Assembly: GCF_001194135.2 (NCBI RefSeq) | Contig: NC_068995.1 | Coordinates: 12,466,353-12,530,352 of the forward strand | Origin: Octopus bimaculoides | Lineage: Eukaryota | Reading direction: 5' to 3' | Length of the DNA stretch: 64,000 nt | Part shown: piece by piece, positions 13,238 through 24,647 of the stretch | Layout: each line of letters starts with the position of its first letter | How positions within the stretch are numbered: the stretch's first letter is position 1 | Position numbers and translations under genes: made by a program | Notes under the pieces: generated by a model | Seen by the model: the letters and a program-made list of their open reading frames with translations, nothing else | Told to the model about the DNA's origin: nothing | Database searches by the model: none

Positions 13238-13899
13238 TCTCTGTGTATGTGTGTGGGGTGGCGTGGAACACAAGATACATTTATGATTTATAGAAATTAT
13301 CTCCGATTCCAGAGAAGAAAGACGATTTGTTTGGGGTGCCATTAAAAGGGAGATAATCTCAAGAACCAAGTATCAAGAATTCTCCAAACTTGACATTCTA
13401 TAAAGAAAAAAGAGAATTTATTGACTTGAAAGCAACAAAACAGCTTTGGACACGTGTTTCTCTCGTAATAACCCTCAACATCCCACTTGACAACACACTA
13501 TTTTCATGTCTTCTCTGAAAGCGGTGCTGATATTTTATACATCAATATATTTAGTATTTTATTAAATAAACTAAGTCTGATCGAAGGCAACGATAGTGAT
13601 AACTCTGGGCATGTTTCTCTCTTATTAGAACTCCTCAGTCAGGCTGTCTTTGCCATAATTTGATACATCTTAGACAGGTACGAGATATAGAGAGTTTAAA
13701 TCTGATGTGACTAATGTTATATGAATGCTCTTTCGTTCACCACTGCGACAAAGATTGAATTTATTACTGAATCTAATGATAATTTCGTGATTGCTATTCT
13801 GCTGCGCTTGCCTAATAAATATGTTTAAAAATACATATCTTCTCCAGGAACGTAGTGTAGCGCTGCTTATTATATACGAGCATCAAACAAACAAACCTT

Positions 13900-14200
13900 T
13901 TAGCCGGCTGTCCGACACCCGAGTGTCATGGCCTTTAGTATCCATCGTCGATAAATAACAATCAAATAGCAAGCAAGAAAATGAAGCTGCATATTCTACG
14001 GTTGAACTTGTTGTCGTTCCTACCTTGAGATTCAAATATTTTATTGTAGATGAAATGAGAATATCGTAACTGGGTAAATGCATATAAATGCTTTACCTGT
14101 AGACGCAATGCAATTCCAACATCGTTGTGCAAATATTGAAGATACAAGCCAATAATTTATCAATTCGGTTATTGCTACGCTAAAATACTGCCATAATATC
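13900..14200 (-). mobile_element. Very degenerate non-LTR RT relic
   Basis: STGKAFICIYP (cf. DYKKAFDSVP) followed by SFSCLLFDCYL (cf. DSLSPLLF). Confidence 0.2.
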
Positions 14201-14879
14201 CAGTTATCCTGACCTTAACGTCAGAACTATAGCATGTTATAAAGGAAGTTGAATATAGCATGTCAATGACGGTAATATAATTTGGTGAATTATAATAAAG
14301 ATAGTTGTCGTAATTTTCGACAAATTCTATAAGAAACTTTGCTACTTCACAGGGATTCAGAATACATTAGACAAGTGTCCACAAACATGAAGATTGTATA
14401 CAAGCTTTTCAGTCTACCTTCGAACAAACAGGCCATTCGCCAGTTTCTATAATAATGGAAATCTCTGCTAAGTGAGTCAGAACCAATGTTAGATCAATTA
14501 ATGTTTGACCCGAGGTTATGGCCGCTAACCTCTACAGTTATTTCCTACAAATCAACTGTGGTATCTTTCTGCGTGGGCCTCCCTCACACAATTCACACAC
14601 TGACATATAATGTTCTCCTGAGATAATTACAACCCGCAATTATATCAGTGACTTATCCCAGTGATATCAGATTTATATTTTAAAAAATTGACACCTATTG
14701 TGTTTGTGGTGTTGTTTCTTAATACCCGACTTCGTAATTATGTAAGTCTTAAATTAAAGGTATTCCAACGGTAGCCATAGAGATAGTGTATATAGGAATA
14801 CAATATTTAATGAGCTCTTTGCCTTTTTTATAAAGATTGTAGGATGTGAAATGAGTGAGATTTCACTCATCTATAAACA

Positions 14880-15045
14880 GGGGACCCTGCGGCGGAATAG
14901 CCTTCCGATCTGGGGAAATATTGGCCTGCTCGCCAAGCCAGCCGGGTGGCATCATTCGAAATCTAGAATGACACAAAGCGCGTTGTAACCAGCGACATAT
15001 AACAACATCTCTATGGTCTAACTGGTCACGTGATCATGTGATTAT
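14880..15045 (+). mobile_element. SINE tail fragment (family D)
   Basis: GC-richer block ending ggtcacgtgatcatgtgat in a short tandem tail; single copy in this window, recognised by architecture only. Confidence 0.45.
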
Positions 15046-15290
15046 TGATTTATATACTTCCCATATATAACCAGAGACAGTCGGAGTTTTCATTCTCCTT
15101 CCATTGATATAAACACCAGCCAAAGATAGCCCCAAAAATACACTCCAACAACCCTACCAAAACGCCCTGAAGCATTCTATAGTCTTATCTTACATATACA
15201 TTAAATCTGAAGAGAACTAAAAGTGTTTGACAATAGTTAAGCTCGATAATGGTGAACTTTCTACTAGACGAAAGTAACAATTACTTTTTG

Positions 15291-15543
15291 TGGCACTCCG
15301 TCGGTTACGACGACGACGGTTCCAGTTGATCCGATCAACAGAACAGCCTGCTCGTGAAATTAGCGTGCAAGTGGCTGAGCATTCCACAGACACGTGAACT
15401 CTTAACGTAGTTCTCGGGAAGAACCTGCGTGACACAGAGTGTGACAAGGCTGGCCCTTTGAATTACAGGTACAACAGAAACAGGAAGAAAGGGTGAGAGA
15501 AAGTTGTGGTGAAAAAGTACAGTAGAGTTCTCCACCAGCCCCA
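15291..15543 (-). mobile_element. SINE family C, 3' portion (5' end lost at TA repeat and gap)
   Basis: Reverse complement of 24400-24647. Confidence 0.9.
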
Positions 15544-15944
15544 TATATGTGTGTATATATNNNNNNNNNNNNNNNNNNNNNNNNNNNNNNNNNNNNNNNN
15601 NNNNNNNNNNNNNNNNNNNNNNNNNNNNNNNNNNNNNNNNNNNNNNNNNNNNNNNNNNNNNNNNNNNNNNNNNNNNNNNNNNNNNNNNNNNNNNNNNNNN
15701 NNNNNNNNNNNNNNNNNNNNNNNNNNNNNNNNNNNNNNNNNNNNNNNNNNNNNNNNNNNNNNNNNNNNNNNNNNNNNNNNNNNNNNNNNNNNNNNNNNNN
15801 NNNNNNNNNNNNNNNNNNNNNNNNNNNNNNNNNNNNNNNNNNNNNNNNNNNNNNNNNNNNNNNNNNNNNNNNNNNNNNNNNNNNNNNNNNNNNNNNNNNN
15901 NNNNNNNNNNNNNTATATATATATATATATATCTGTGTGTGAGT

Positions 15945-16145
15945 GTTTGTCCCTCTCCCACTTGACAACTGGTGTTGATGCGTTTACGTCTTCATACCTT
16001 ACCAGTTTGGCAAAAGAAAGCGATAAAATAATTACCAGACTTAAAAATATTTAACACTGGGGTTGATTCATTCAAGTAAAAATTCTTCAAGGCGGTGCCT
16101 CAGCATGACTGCAGTCTAATGACTGAAACAAGTAAAAGATGAAAG
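15945..16145 (+). mobile_element. SINE family B tail
   Basis: cttgacaactggtgttg...ggcggtgcctcagcatgactgcagtctaatgactgaaacaagtaaaaga, homologous to 36730-36915. Confidence 0.85.
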
Positions 16146-16194
<49 letters not shown>

Positions 16195-16519
16195 CATATA
16201 TATAATACAAATAATATATGAGTATATGCATATGTACGTACATGTATGTACATACCTACATCTACTAGTATATATAGACGCATATCTGGGTACAGGACGT
16301 TGCAAAGAAAAAACGTGGACAAAATGATAAACAGAGTACGGAAAACACACACACCACATAGAGAACATATATATGTATGCATGTGTGTGTGTGCGTACAT
16401 CCATCCATACATACATTTATACATACATATATACATGCGTACGTGCATAAGTCCATACATTTATGAAAGCATATTTAAATGCATGCAATCTCATCTAAAT
16501 TTCTGCCAATTGAGAAACA

Positions 16520-16830
16520 TAAGAAGCCTGATGTAGTAGTTTGTGAGAGAAACGAAAGTTATGCAGGTTTTGATGACAGCTGTTGAGCAGATGTGAATAA
16601 TTTTATGGCGTCCATTGAGAATGAGAATATTTATATAAAACATCTTCGAAACCTATATTTCCTCTACTTTGATGATTTTAGATTTTTATCTTCAATTATC
16701 GATGGATTTGGTTCTGCTACTAAAAGTCTCTGTGGCTATCTCGAAAAGCTGAAGTCTCAGACATCGAACGTGACCAGCTAAAAAGCACTTTCGATATATA
16801 TATAAGCGAAATATACTATATTTAGAAGCT
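16520..16830 (+). mobile_element. Restriction-like-endonuclease (NeSL/R4/CRE-type) LINE C-terminal relic
   Basis: KKPDVVVCERNE...ASIENENIYIKHLRNL...IIDGFGSATKSLCGYLEKL follows the pattern RPDIVV...EKI.KY..L...IIGALG...K.L..YL..L; stops present. Confidence 0.5.
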
Positions 16831-18599
16831 GATTATAGAGATATACTTGAGGAATCTTGGAGATCTAAAGCCTGATGATGCAAAATCTTCGTGTGCATTG
16901 TCGAGAAAATGGTCAAAGATTGTTGTTGTGGATATTTAACCCCAGGCAAGCACTGATCGAGAAGCTCTATAATCGAAGAATTTCTAGCTGGGGCTATAAC
17001 TGGTGGTCAAGCATTTTGCATCTATGTAACATTTTTGAAGCGGTAGGATTTGATTAGAGGAAGAGGGAGTGGCTATTCCAAGCCAGATGACCTACGACCT
17101 GGCGCGGCGTACATTGATGCCATGTCACTCCAATTGCTCACAATAAAAAAGGAAAACAAAACATAACCAAAAAAGAAAGAATGACCGGATTGTTCTAAAA
17201 AATATTCTGAAGCAAATGAAAAGCCTGATCACCAAGTTTCGTTTGCCATCTCTTGACAAATATTCTTGACTAATATGGCTGAAGAGCAGGAATTGTAGGA
17301 GAGGGAGTACGTCGATTACATCAACCTCAGTGCTCAACTGAAACTTATTTTATCAATACCGAATGTATGAGAGGCAAAGTCAACCCCGGTGGCATTTGAA
17401 CTCAGGACGTAAAGTCGGAAGAAATACAGAGCACTTGAGCTCATCTCTATATGGAGCTGACGTTAGGTACCTATGCTCAAACTGAGATTAGTGATACTGC
17501 ATGAGCCCATTGATATGTGCAAGGAGGATGTAATACGACACAACGCTATATTGATTACGATGTTTCCAGATCAACACCAACATTTTAAATTAGGTATGTA
17601 CAAAATCAGTCAAAAAATTAGGAAACTCCACTCATTTACATTTTCTAATAGATTACGAAAATTGGCGACACTTATAGCATCATCGTAGAGCAGCGCTCCA
17701 TTTACTTAATACACTAAATTTCACAGTTAGATTTTGCTATAGCGCACATTTCCCACTGAACTTAACCAGAGTATTTTCGTGACTAGGTGGACACTAGTTT
17801 GATAGTTGAGCTCTGATTGCCTGTATGCACTTGAGTTCATAAATGGGGTCAGGAACTCTCGTGGGAAAAAAAATTTCGCTGCCCAGTCAAGGAACCGAAC
17901 GCATGAGCTTAGGGTCATGAATCGAATTCTGTAACTAGAAGCCCACGCACCAATACAAATCAGTAAATAAAAATAAATAAAAAGTGGATACAGATTCTTG
18001 GCAACAATTTTTGTCAGGGATACAAAAAACAAAAACAAATAAAATACAAACAAACAAACAAAAAATGCAAAATACAAAACGAAGATGGAAGCACAATTAT
18101 GACTGGCAAGCACGTTTTTTTTTATTAATGAATGTCATGCGTAGATAGTATTTCAAAGATCACTGACCTTTTCCATTCATTTTAATACAGCTGACCTTCC
18201 TTTTCTGTTATCCTAATATTTCACACGTCTGGTCTTTGTTGTTGATTCATGACTTACGCAAACTTATTTACAAATAAGTAGTGAATAAATTTACATAAAA
18301 AAATAATAATATTCACAACAGGAATGGCAAATATTTATCTAGTCCTTTAGTCTATGTATTGCCATTGAGACAAGTGTTCAATAAATTCAGATCGATATGA
18401 CAAGTGATTGCCTTGTGTGTGTGTGTATGTGCGTGTATGTGTGCGTGTGTGTTGTGTTGTGCTATGTTGTATGTGTGTGTGTCTGTGCGTGTGTAAGTGT
18501 TTTGTATATGTGGTGGGATGTGGTTAATGCTGTTTCTAATACACTTCTATATTTAAGAGATGAGGAATTATGTACATTATTTACATTAGTTACATTTCA

Positions 18600-18730
18600 C
18601 GGATATTTGTCCTCATCTTGTTTGTTGTTAACACAACGATTCGGCTGATATACTCTCTAACCTTCATCAGGTGTCTTGGGGAAATTTTGATCCTGGGTTC
18701 TCATTCCTACTGTGTTTTTCAATTTTATTA
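18600..18730 (-). mobile_element. 3' module of the hammerhead-bearing SINE-like family
   Basis: Reverse complement aligns with 58442-58565 (ggaatgagaacccagg...caagacacctgatgaagg...gaggacaaatatcc). Confidence 0.88.
18630..18675 (-). ncRNA. Minimal hammerhead motif with A15.1->U lesion
   Basis: Minus strand: GACAC CUGAUGA A GGUUA gagaguauau CAGCC GAAUC GUU GUGUU. Confidence 0.7.
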
Positions 18731-18734
18731 TTAT

Positions 18735-18835
18735 GTGTAGTAGAAGATACTCACCAAAGATACCGTGCAGTGGGACTGAACCTGAAATCACATGGTTCCA
18801 AAGCGAGCTTCTTAACCACATAGCCACCTACATGG
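18735..18835 (-). mobile_element. SINE family B head
   Basis: ccgtgcagtgggactgaacctgaaatcacatggttcc...cttcttaaccacatagcca. Confidence 0.8.
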
Positions 18836-19149
18836 CTAACATCGTTAGGTGTTTAGCTCCATATAGTTTTGAGTAGGCAGTCAAATGGCGTTTGTTAAAC
18901 ACTTAAAAATTTGAAAATTCTGTTGGACAAGCAGAATAACTTATGTCGTTATATCAGAGGAAAAGAGATGTTGTGATGTTTATGGTTTTCACAAAAGTAG
19001 TGAGTGCTATTTAATGACACATAATAGCTTTAACTAGAGATTGAAAACTGAGTTGTGGTTTTGCTTTTTAAAATATAATTTATGTCAGATTTAGTGAACA
19101 ACAGCGTCCGTAGTTACACATTTCTAATGAGGACAATTACTGATTTACT

Positions 19150-19480
19150 GTGCTTATAACTACAACAGTACCTCTGTACAACACGTTGCCGAATAAATAC
19201 AACATACGGTACTGTTTATCCATTTTCTTGCGGATGTTTACATTTTTTGCCGATAAATTTTGTTGGCGTCTTTCGTCGTTTCAATGAATGATGGTCCAGG
19301 AACACACATCTGGATAACGTTTGCAGGAGTTTGCGAAACGAGCATCACCTTATGACCGCCTGTTTGCCGGATCAATGCTGAAGGTTTCTCGTGGCATTCT
19401 CTACCTGTTCCTGACGCCGCGTTCCCTTTCGCTACTGGACTTACGAGGAAAGTACGATTGTGTTTCGGTGCTGGGGTCTT
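19150..19480 (-). mobile_element. Possible piggyBac transposase C-terminal Cys-rich relic
   Basis: Minus strand ECHEKPSALIRQTGGHKVMLVSQT...MCVPGPSF loosely follows the piggyBac C-terminal RC..C...C..C...LC...CF pattern; frameshifted. Confidence 0.3.
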
Positions 19481-19647
19481 AGTTTGAAGAACGACTTGAA
19501 CGATGGATAATTATTGTGGGATAAGGTTTTACAGCACTCCTCTCTCTCTCTCTCTCGTCCTTCAAATTTGAACTGGTCTGATGCAACATTACCACAATCC
19601 CAGTCATTGTCAGGTGTTATTTGTATGAAGTTACCTTTTAGTGAAGG

Positions 19648-19945
19648 TGAGTGGCTTAGAGGTTAGGGCTGTGAGTTCGATTCCTGAGTGATGCGTTGTA
19701 TCCTTGAAAAAGGCACTTTATTTCTCATTGCTCCAGTGCAGTCAGATGGCAAGAATGAGTTGTATCTGTAATTCAAAGGGCCAGCCGTGTTACATTCTGT
19801 GTCGTGCTGAATTTCTCTGAGAACCATGTTAAGGGCACGCGTGTGTATGGAGTGCTCAACCGCTTGCACATTAATTTCACAAGTAAGCTGTTAGGTTGAT
19901 AGAATCAAGTAGAACACTCGCAGTCGTAACTGACAGAGATCCAGA
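19648..19945 (+). mobile_element. SINE with family-E head and box plus family-C tail
   Basis: gtggcttagaggttaggg head; ttgaaaaaggcactttatttctcattgctccagtgcagtcag box; tail aattcaaagggccagcc...gtcgtaactgacagag as in family C. Confidence 0.8.
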
Positions 19946-20009
19946 CCACCTACTTTTAGATGAGAAGCTGAAGAGCTGGAGTTTCTCATCTACTTTGGGT
20001 CTGTTGGGG

Positions 20010-20200
20010 TGTCAGCGAGTGACCTTCTTCGGAAAGTATTTCCGTGACATATCAATTAACCAATCCCTGAGACACTGGGAGGTGAAACAACTCCGAGTCA
20101 GAGTAGATCTAAGAACAGTAGTGGGGAAGAGTCGGTTTAAATTCATATCAAGAACAATCCAATACAGGAAAGATATTCCGCACTCCAAATACAATATTTT
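20010..20200 (+). repeat. Dispersed repeat family G fragment (probably LINE-derived)
   Basis: ccgagtcagagtagatctaagaacagtagtggggaagagt resembles the 37090-37265 block; a further possible reverse-orientation relic lies at 44700-44860. Confidence 0.4.
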
Positions 20201-20774
20201 AGTTAACACAGTAATTAGGTCTGTCAGGTGCCTGAAGGCTCTTTTTAGCCCGAGGTTTTCTTGGTGTCCATGGCACATAACCGACTAACCTCTTTGTCAC
20301 TGGGTTAGTCACAGTTGGTGCTGGTATTCACCTTTAGCTGAGTGAAGTGGAATAACACGAAATAAAAGATTCAGCCTTGGAATCGAAACCACAATCTTTC
20401 GATCGTGAGTTCAACACCCTAGCAACTAGTCCACGCACTTGGATACTGTATTTGTTAGAACACATTAAAGTCTGTAAAATGTTATTCTGCTTGTTAGCGC
20501 GTATGAGTCAGCGTGCTGCACATTCGAGAACATTAACTATGGAACAAAATCGGTGACATAATCTTGCTAGTTGTTATAAATCATTTTATAAGCGTTGATA
20601 ACGGTAACCTCATGTGGTCGATGCAATCAGCTAGAAAACATCGCTAGTCATTTTATGATGATAATGAAAATAATTTATTTATGATGATGATAAAAGAAAT
20701 CAACATAACTACGTGATATGATACCCTATATTAGTTCAAATATGTTATGTTATCAGTTGCTTTACAGGTGCTAG

Positions 20775-21035
20775 GGTAGATGGCTGACAGTATTCGTTCA
20801 AGACCTTTACGTTTCGAGTTCAAATCTTGCCGAGATTAACTTTGCGTTTTATCCTTCCATACTCCAGAAAGTAAAGTTCCTATACAGTCTGTCCACAAAG
20901 TCTGGCTACATGGAGTAAATAAAATCATAACATAAACAATTAAATATAAGAAATAATAATTTCTTAAAGTATGTGTTAATCCCCATGTACCCAAACTTTG
21001 TGGACACCCTGTATAGTCTTGTGGTCGATTTATTC
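20775..21035 (+). mobile_element. Old SINE family A relic split by a MITE
   Basis: tttacgtttcgagttcaaatcttgccgagattaactttgcgttttatcc before the MITE and gtggtcgatttattc after it. Confidence 0.65.
20883..21013. mobile_element. Tc1/mariner-type MITE (about 130 bp)
   Basis: Left TAcagtctgtccacaaagtctggctacatgg versus reverse complement of the right end TAcagggtgtccacaaagtttgggtacatgg; TA at both ends. Confidence 0.9.
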
Positions 21036-21406
21036 ATCTCGCCCATTTATTGAAATTTCGCGCTATGTGCCGAATACCATAAACGATTAGTAAGCTTTAG
21101 ACTTGTTCGTACAAATATTATCATGAATAGGCAGGAACAACTATACAATCGAAATACAAACCTTCAACAACTAAACTGTAGTGTTGTGGGGATATCGTAT
21201 GAAATTGGATTAAAAGTCAGTCGGATGGACTGTGCCTCTTCTTGGGTGGTAGACCTGACTCTTAACCCAGTTAAACACCCCCTCACCTGGCACCTTTGAA
21301 TATACTGTAGTATTTTAAAAACAAGTTAAAATCTAATTGCTCTTAGTTGTTATCTCGAATGTAAATTATTTGATAAACTTATCTATATCTGTCAGTCGTG
21401 ATGAGG

Positions 21407-21461
21407 TGTAGAATTCAGCTGTAGAATTCAGCTGTAGAATTCAGCTGTAGAATTCAGCTGT
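21407..21461. repeat. 13-bp tandem repeat x4 (TGTAGAATTCAGC)
   Basis: Four perfect units plus 3 bp. Confidence 0.95.
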
Positions 21462-22327
21462 TTATGTCAAATTTGGTTGCTGTCGGGTTACAGGAAACGG
21501 GATAAAGCATGATTTTATTTAGCATGTTTTTTTCTCTTATTCTTTTTGTTTATGTCTTAGCAAGTGGGAGGAGATATACCAATGCTTATAAACTTTTTCA
21601 GGTGGAGGAGGGCAGCCAGTTATTATCAGACCGGGGTCTTAATACGAATACATTCGAAATATTAAACGTTAGTATTGTAAAGAATGGCATCATGTTGGTG
21701 GTGTTAAAGCCAGGCAACTAGACAAGTATAATACATACAGACAGATGAAGTTAATCTGACAGGTTTCTATACAATTTTGGTGGATACGACATGTTCTGGA
21801 GCGGCGAATTTTCCCCCGCCTAAATAAGGTCACTGATTCGATATTGACCTATTTGACATGAGACATGTTGTCTCCGGGTCGTTGTCACACAGTAGTAATT
21901 TTGTTTTTATACTAGTTGATGACTAACTTGCAATTATAACTACTAAGCTACTTGACTGAAAAACTTTGACTAGTGTTCTGCATCAATTTATATGTATGAT
22001 GTTTGGTAAAATATTGACGCAACGTGGAAAGCATGTATATATGTATATATTTTTTGGCGAATGTGTGGGTGAGCATGTGTGTGTTTCAAGTGAGGGTGGA
22101 TGAGTATATACATATAGGCGCATGTACGTGGGTGTGCGGGCGCGCATGTGTATGTATGGACATGCGCGCTTATTCGATTACTATGAACATTTTTAATCCC
22201 TTAACTTTACTCCTTCCCCTCACTTAGCAGTCATTCGAATAGCCCTTTTGTCTTAATAACGGTCAATCACACAGTAATTTCCCTTTGTTTTAACGGTCAT
22301 TTTCATAGCATTTTTTTCGATGGCCTA

Positions 22328-22386
22328 ATAACTGAAGAGATGCCGGCGTGGGTTTTCGCCCCGACATCCGAAACTCGGAGTTTTAT
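22328..22386 (+). ncRNA. Minimal type-I hammerhead ribozyme, intact core, GUU site
   Basis: AUAA CUGAAGA GAUG-ccGGCG ugggUUUU CGCC-ccga-CAUC C GAAAC UCGGA GUU UUAU. Stem I 4 bp; stem III AACUC-G-GAGUU; extended GC-rich stem II. Confidence 0.78.
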
Positions 22387-22428
22387 CATGGCTACCGAAT
22401 AATTGTCACATATTATATTTACAGATAC

Positions 22429-22490
<62 letters not shown>

Positions 22491-22502
22491 ACGTCGATTT
22501 TT

Positions 22503-22618
22503 TTTTCAGTTTCTGTTTACCAAATCCTCTCACAAGGCTATTGCAGAAGGCACGCGCAGTGGGACTGAAACTGGAACCATGTGATTGAAAAAGGAATCTT
22601 CTTATAGCACAGCCTTCC
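22503..22618 (-). mobile_element. SINE family B head (internally deleted) next to a (CA)n tract
   Basis: ttcagtttctgtttaccaaatcc...gcagtgggactgaaactggaaccatgtg. Confidence 0.75.
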
Positions 22619-23724
22619 CTGTTCTTTTTATTTTGTTTAATCATTATTGCAACTCATACATTTATTTTTTATAAAACAAAACACTACTCTGATTAATAAT
22701 GTCCGTTCCGTTTTGTTTTCCCCCTATAATTGCTGAACTTTGCATCATTCGATCCGTCGATTCTTGTCGTGTAGGTTGAAGTCATTTCTTATGAAATTAT
22801 TGGTTTAATGCATTCAAACCATGGCCATCCTGCTTTATTTTGCGTGTTAATTTTTTATTTAGAAACCATATATATTCGGATCATGTTATCCAATGTTCCT
22901 TCCTGCCTATTCAAGAGAAGCTAGGGTGCAGATAGAGGGAGATTTGGTTGCTATTTTTAGTAGGATGAATGAGCAAATAATAGAGACTCCCTCATCAACT
23001 TGTTCGTCATAGTTGTAATTCTTGTTACTGTTTAACACAGGCCGATTCTGCTGAAATAAATCTATCAATAAATACATTCCACCGATCACCATCTTCTCTG
23101 ATACTTTAAGACAATAAACCTAGGACTACATAAACCAAACTGTCCTTCCTTTTTTTGAAAACAGTGAAGTCTAATGTAGATATCCTTAGCTGCTATTTAT
23201 TGCAGTCTGAGCAACCATATTCAGGATTCTATCCTTTCTTCGTAGCTGTAGTAAGTTGACAGGGTGTTAATATCATACATCAACTATATAGAATTTCAGT
23301 TTTAGCTTCCTCTGTAAGTCGTTCCTGTATAAGCATATACATACACACATACTTACCTACATACATATGTATATATTTATATATATATCTATATATATAT
23401 TCTAGAGTTAATATTTATTATTATTTTTTTTAAATATCTTATCTTTCGTATTTTTTTTAATCAAAGACATATTTAATCTGTTATTAATGGAACTCTCCTG
23501 GGAGGAAAGAGAAAAAGATTCGAAATGATATACATACATGTGTGTGTAAAGTAATTGTGTGAGAACGATACGGTTCATATTTTCGAAGATCTAGATTTAG
23601 TTATTAAAATATACATATAAATATAAATAAAATAACACGAATATATGTGAAGAGAAAGCTTCTGGAGGCAATACAACTTTGAAGATAAAGGACTGAAAAT
23701 ATATGATTCTTTTTTTCTTCCCAG

Positions 23725-23832
23725 ATGTATTTAATAATGAAGCGACGGAAACGTGCTGTGGATTGGAGAGAAGATTCTGTTATGTAAATAGACGTCATGC
23801 TTCTAAGCATTATGATTGGAAAAGATCATTTG
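23725..23832 (+). CDS. Candidate internal coding exon, 108 nt, phase 1-1: VFNNEATETCCGLERRFCYVNRRHASKHYDWKRSF
   Basis: Acceptor ttttttttcttcccAG at 23723-23724; donor TTG|GTAAGT at 23833; length divisible by 3; only the phase-1 frame is open. Product not recognised. Confidence 0.5.
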
Positions 23833-23857
23833 GTAAGTCTTTTTTTTTCTTTTAATC

Positions 23858-23929
<72 letters not shown>

Positions 23930-24264
23930 GGTGATGGTGGTACTTGTGGTGCTACTGGTGAGGCTGTTAAATGTAAGTAGTATGTCGATCAGATGAAAAG
24001 TGCTCTATCCATGACTTCTGAGTTCTCGTATAATCTTGGACTATGTTGACCAAGTATCCATAGTAGGATGTGGTACCATGGAAGATTTTGCTGCTTTTTC
24101 TAGCAGGTTGAGTGACTGTGTAAAGTCTCATTCCTAGGCTCATGATAGGTACATCAGAGATTAGAAAGAACACGGCAAATCGATGGAAAGAAATGATGAA
24201 TTTTGGAGGCCATCAAGCGGAAATTATGGTTCCATTTGCTTTTTCGTTTTGCATATTCTGTTGT

Positions 24265-24647
24265 GGAGGCGCAGTGGCCCAGTGATTAGGGCAGCGGACT
24301 CGCGGTCATAGGATCGCGGTTTCGGTTCCCAGACCGGGCGTTGTGAGTGTTTATTGAGCGAAAACACCTAAAGCTCCACGAGGCTCCGGCAGGGAATGGT
24401 GGCAAACCCTGCTGTACTCTTTCACCACAACTTTCTCTCACTCTTACTTCCTGTTTCTGTTGTGCCTGTAATTCAAAGGGTCAGCCTTGTCACACTGTGT
24501 CACGCTGAATATCCCCGAGAACTACGTTAAGGGTACACGTGTCTGTGGAGTGCTCAGCCACTTGCACGTTAATTTCACGAGCAGGCTGTTCCGTTGATCG
24601 GATCAGCTGGAACCCGCGACGTCGTAAGCGGCGGAGTGCCAACAACA
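24265..24647 (+). mobile_element. SINE family C, full length
   Basis: tRNA-like head (A-box GTGGCCCAGTG, B-box GGTTTCGGTTCCC); (CAA)n tail; 10-bp TSD ATTCTGTTGT at 24255-24264 and 24648-24657. Confidence 0.95.

Noticed and set aside
13601-13644. Hammerhead-like CUGAGGA..GAAAC AU GCC on the minus strand
   Set aside because: The triplet is GCC, stem II closes with G.A and stem I does not pair in register; could be an old relic but is not supportable.
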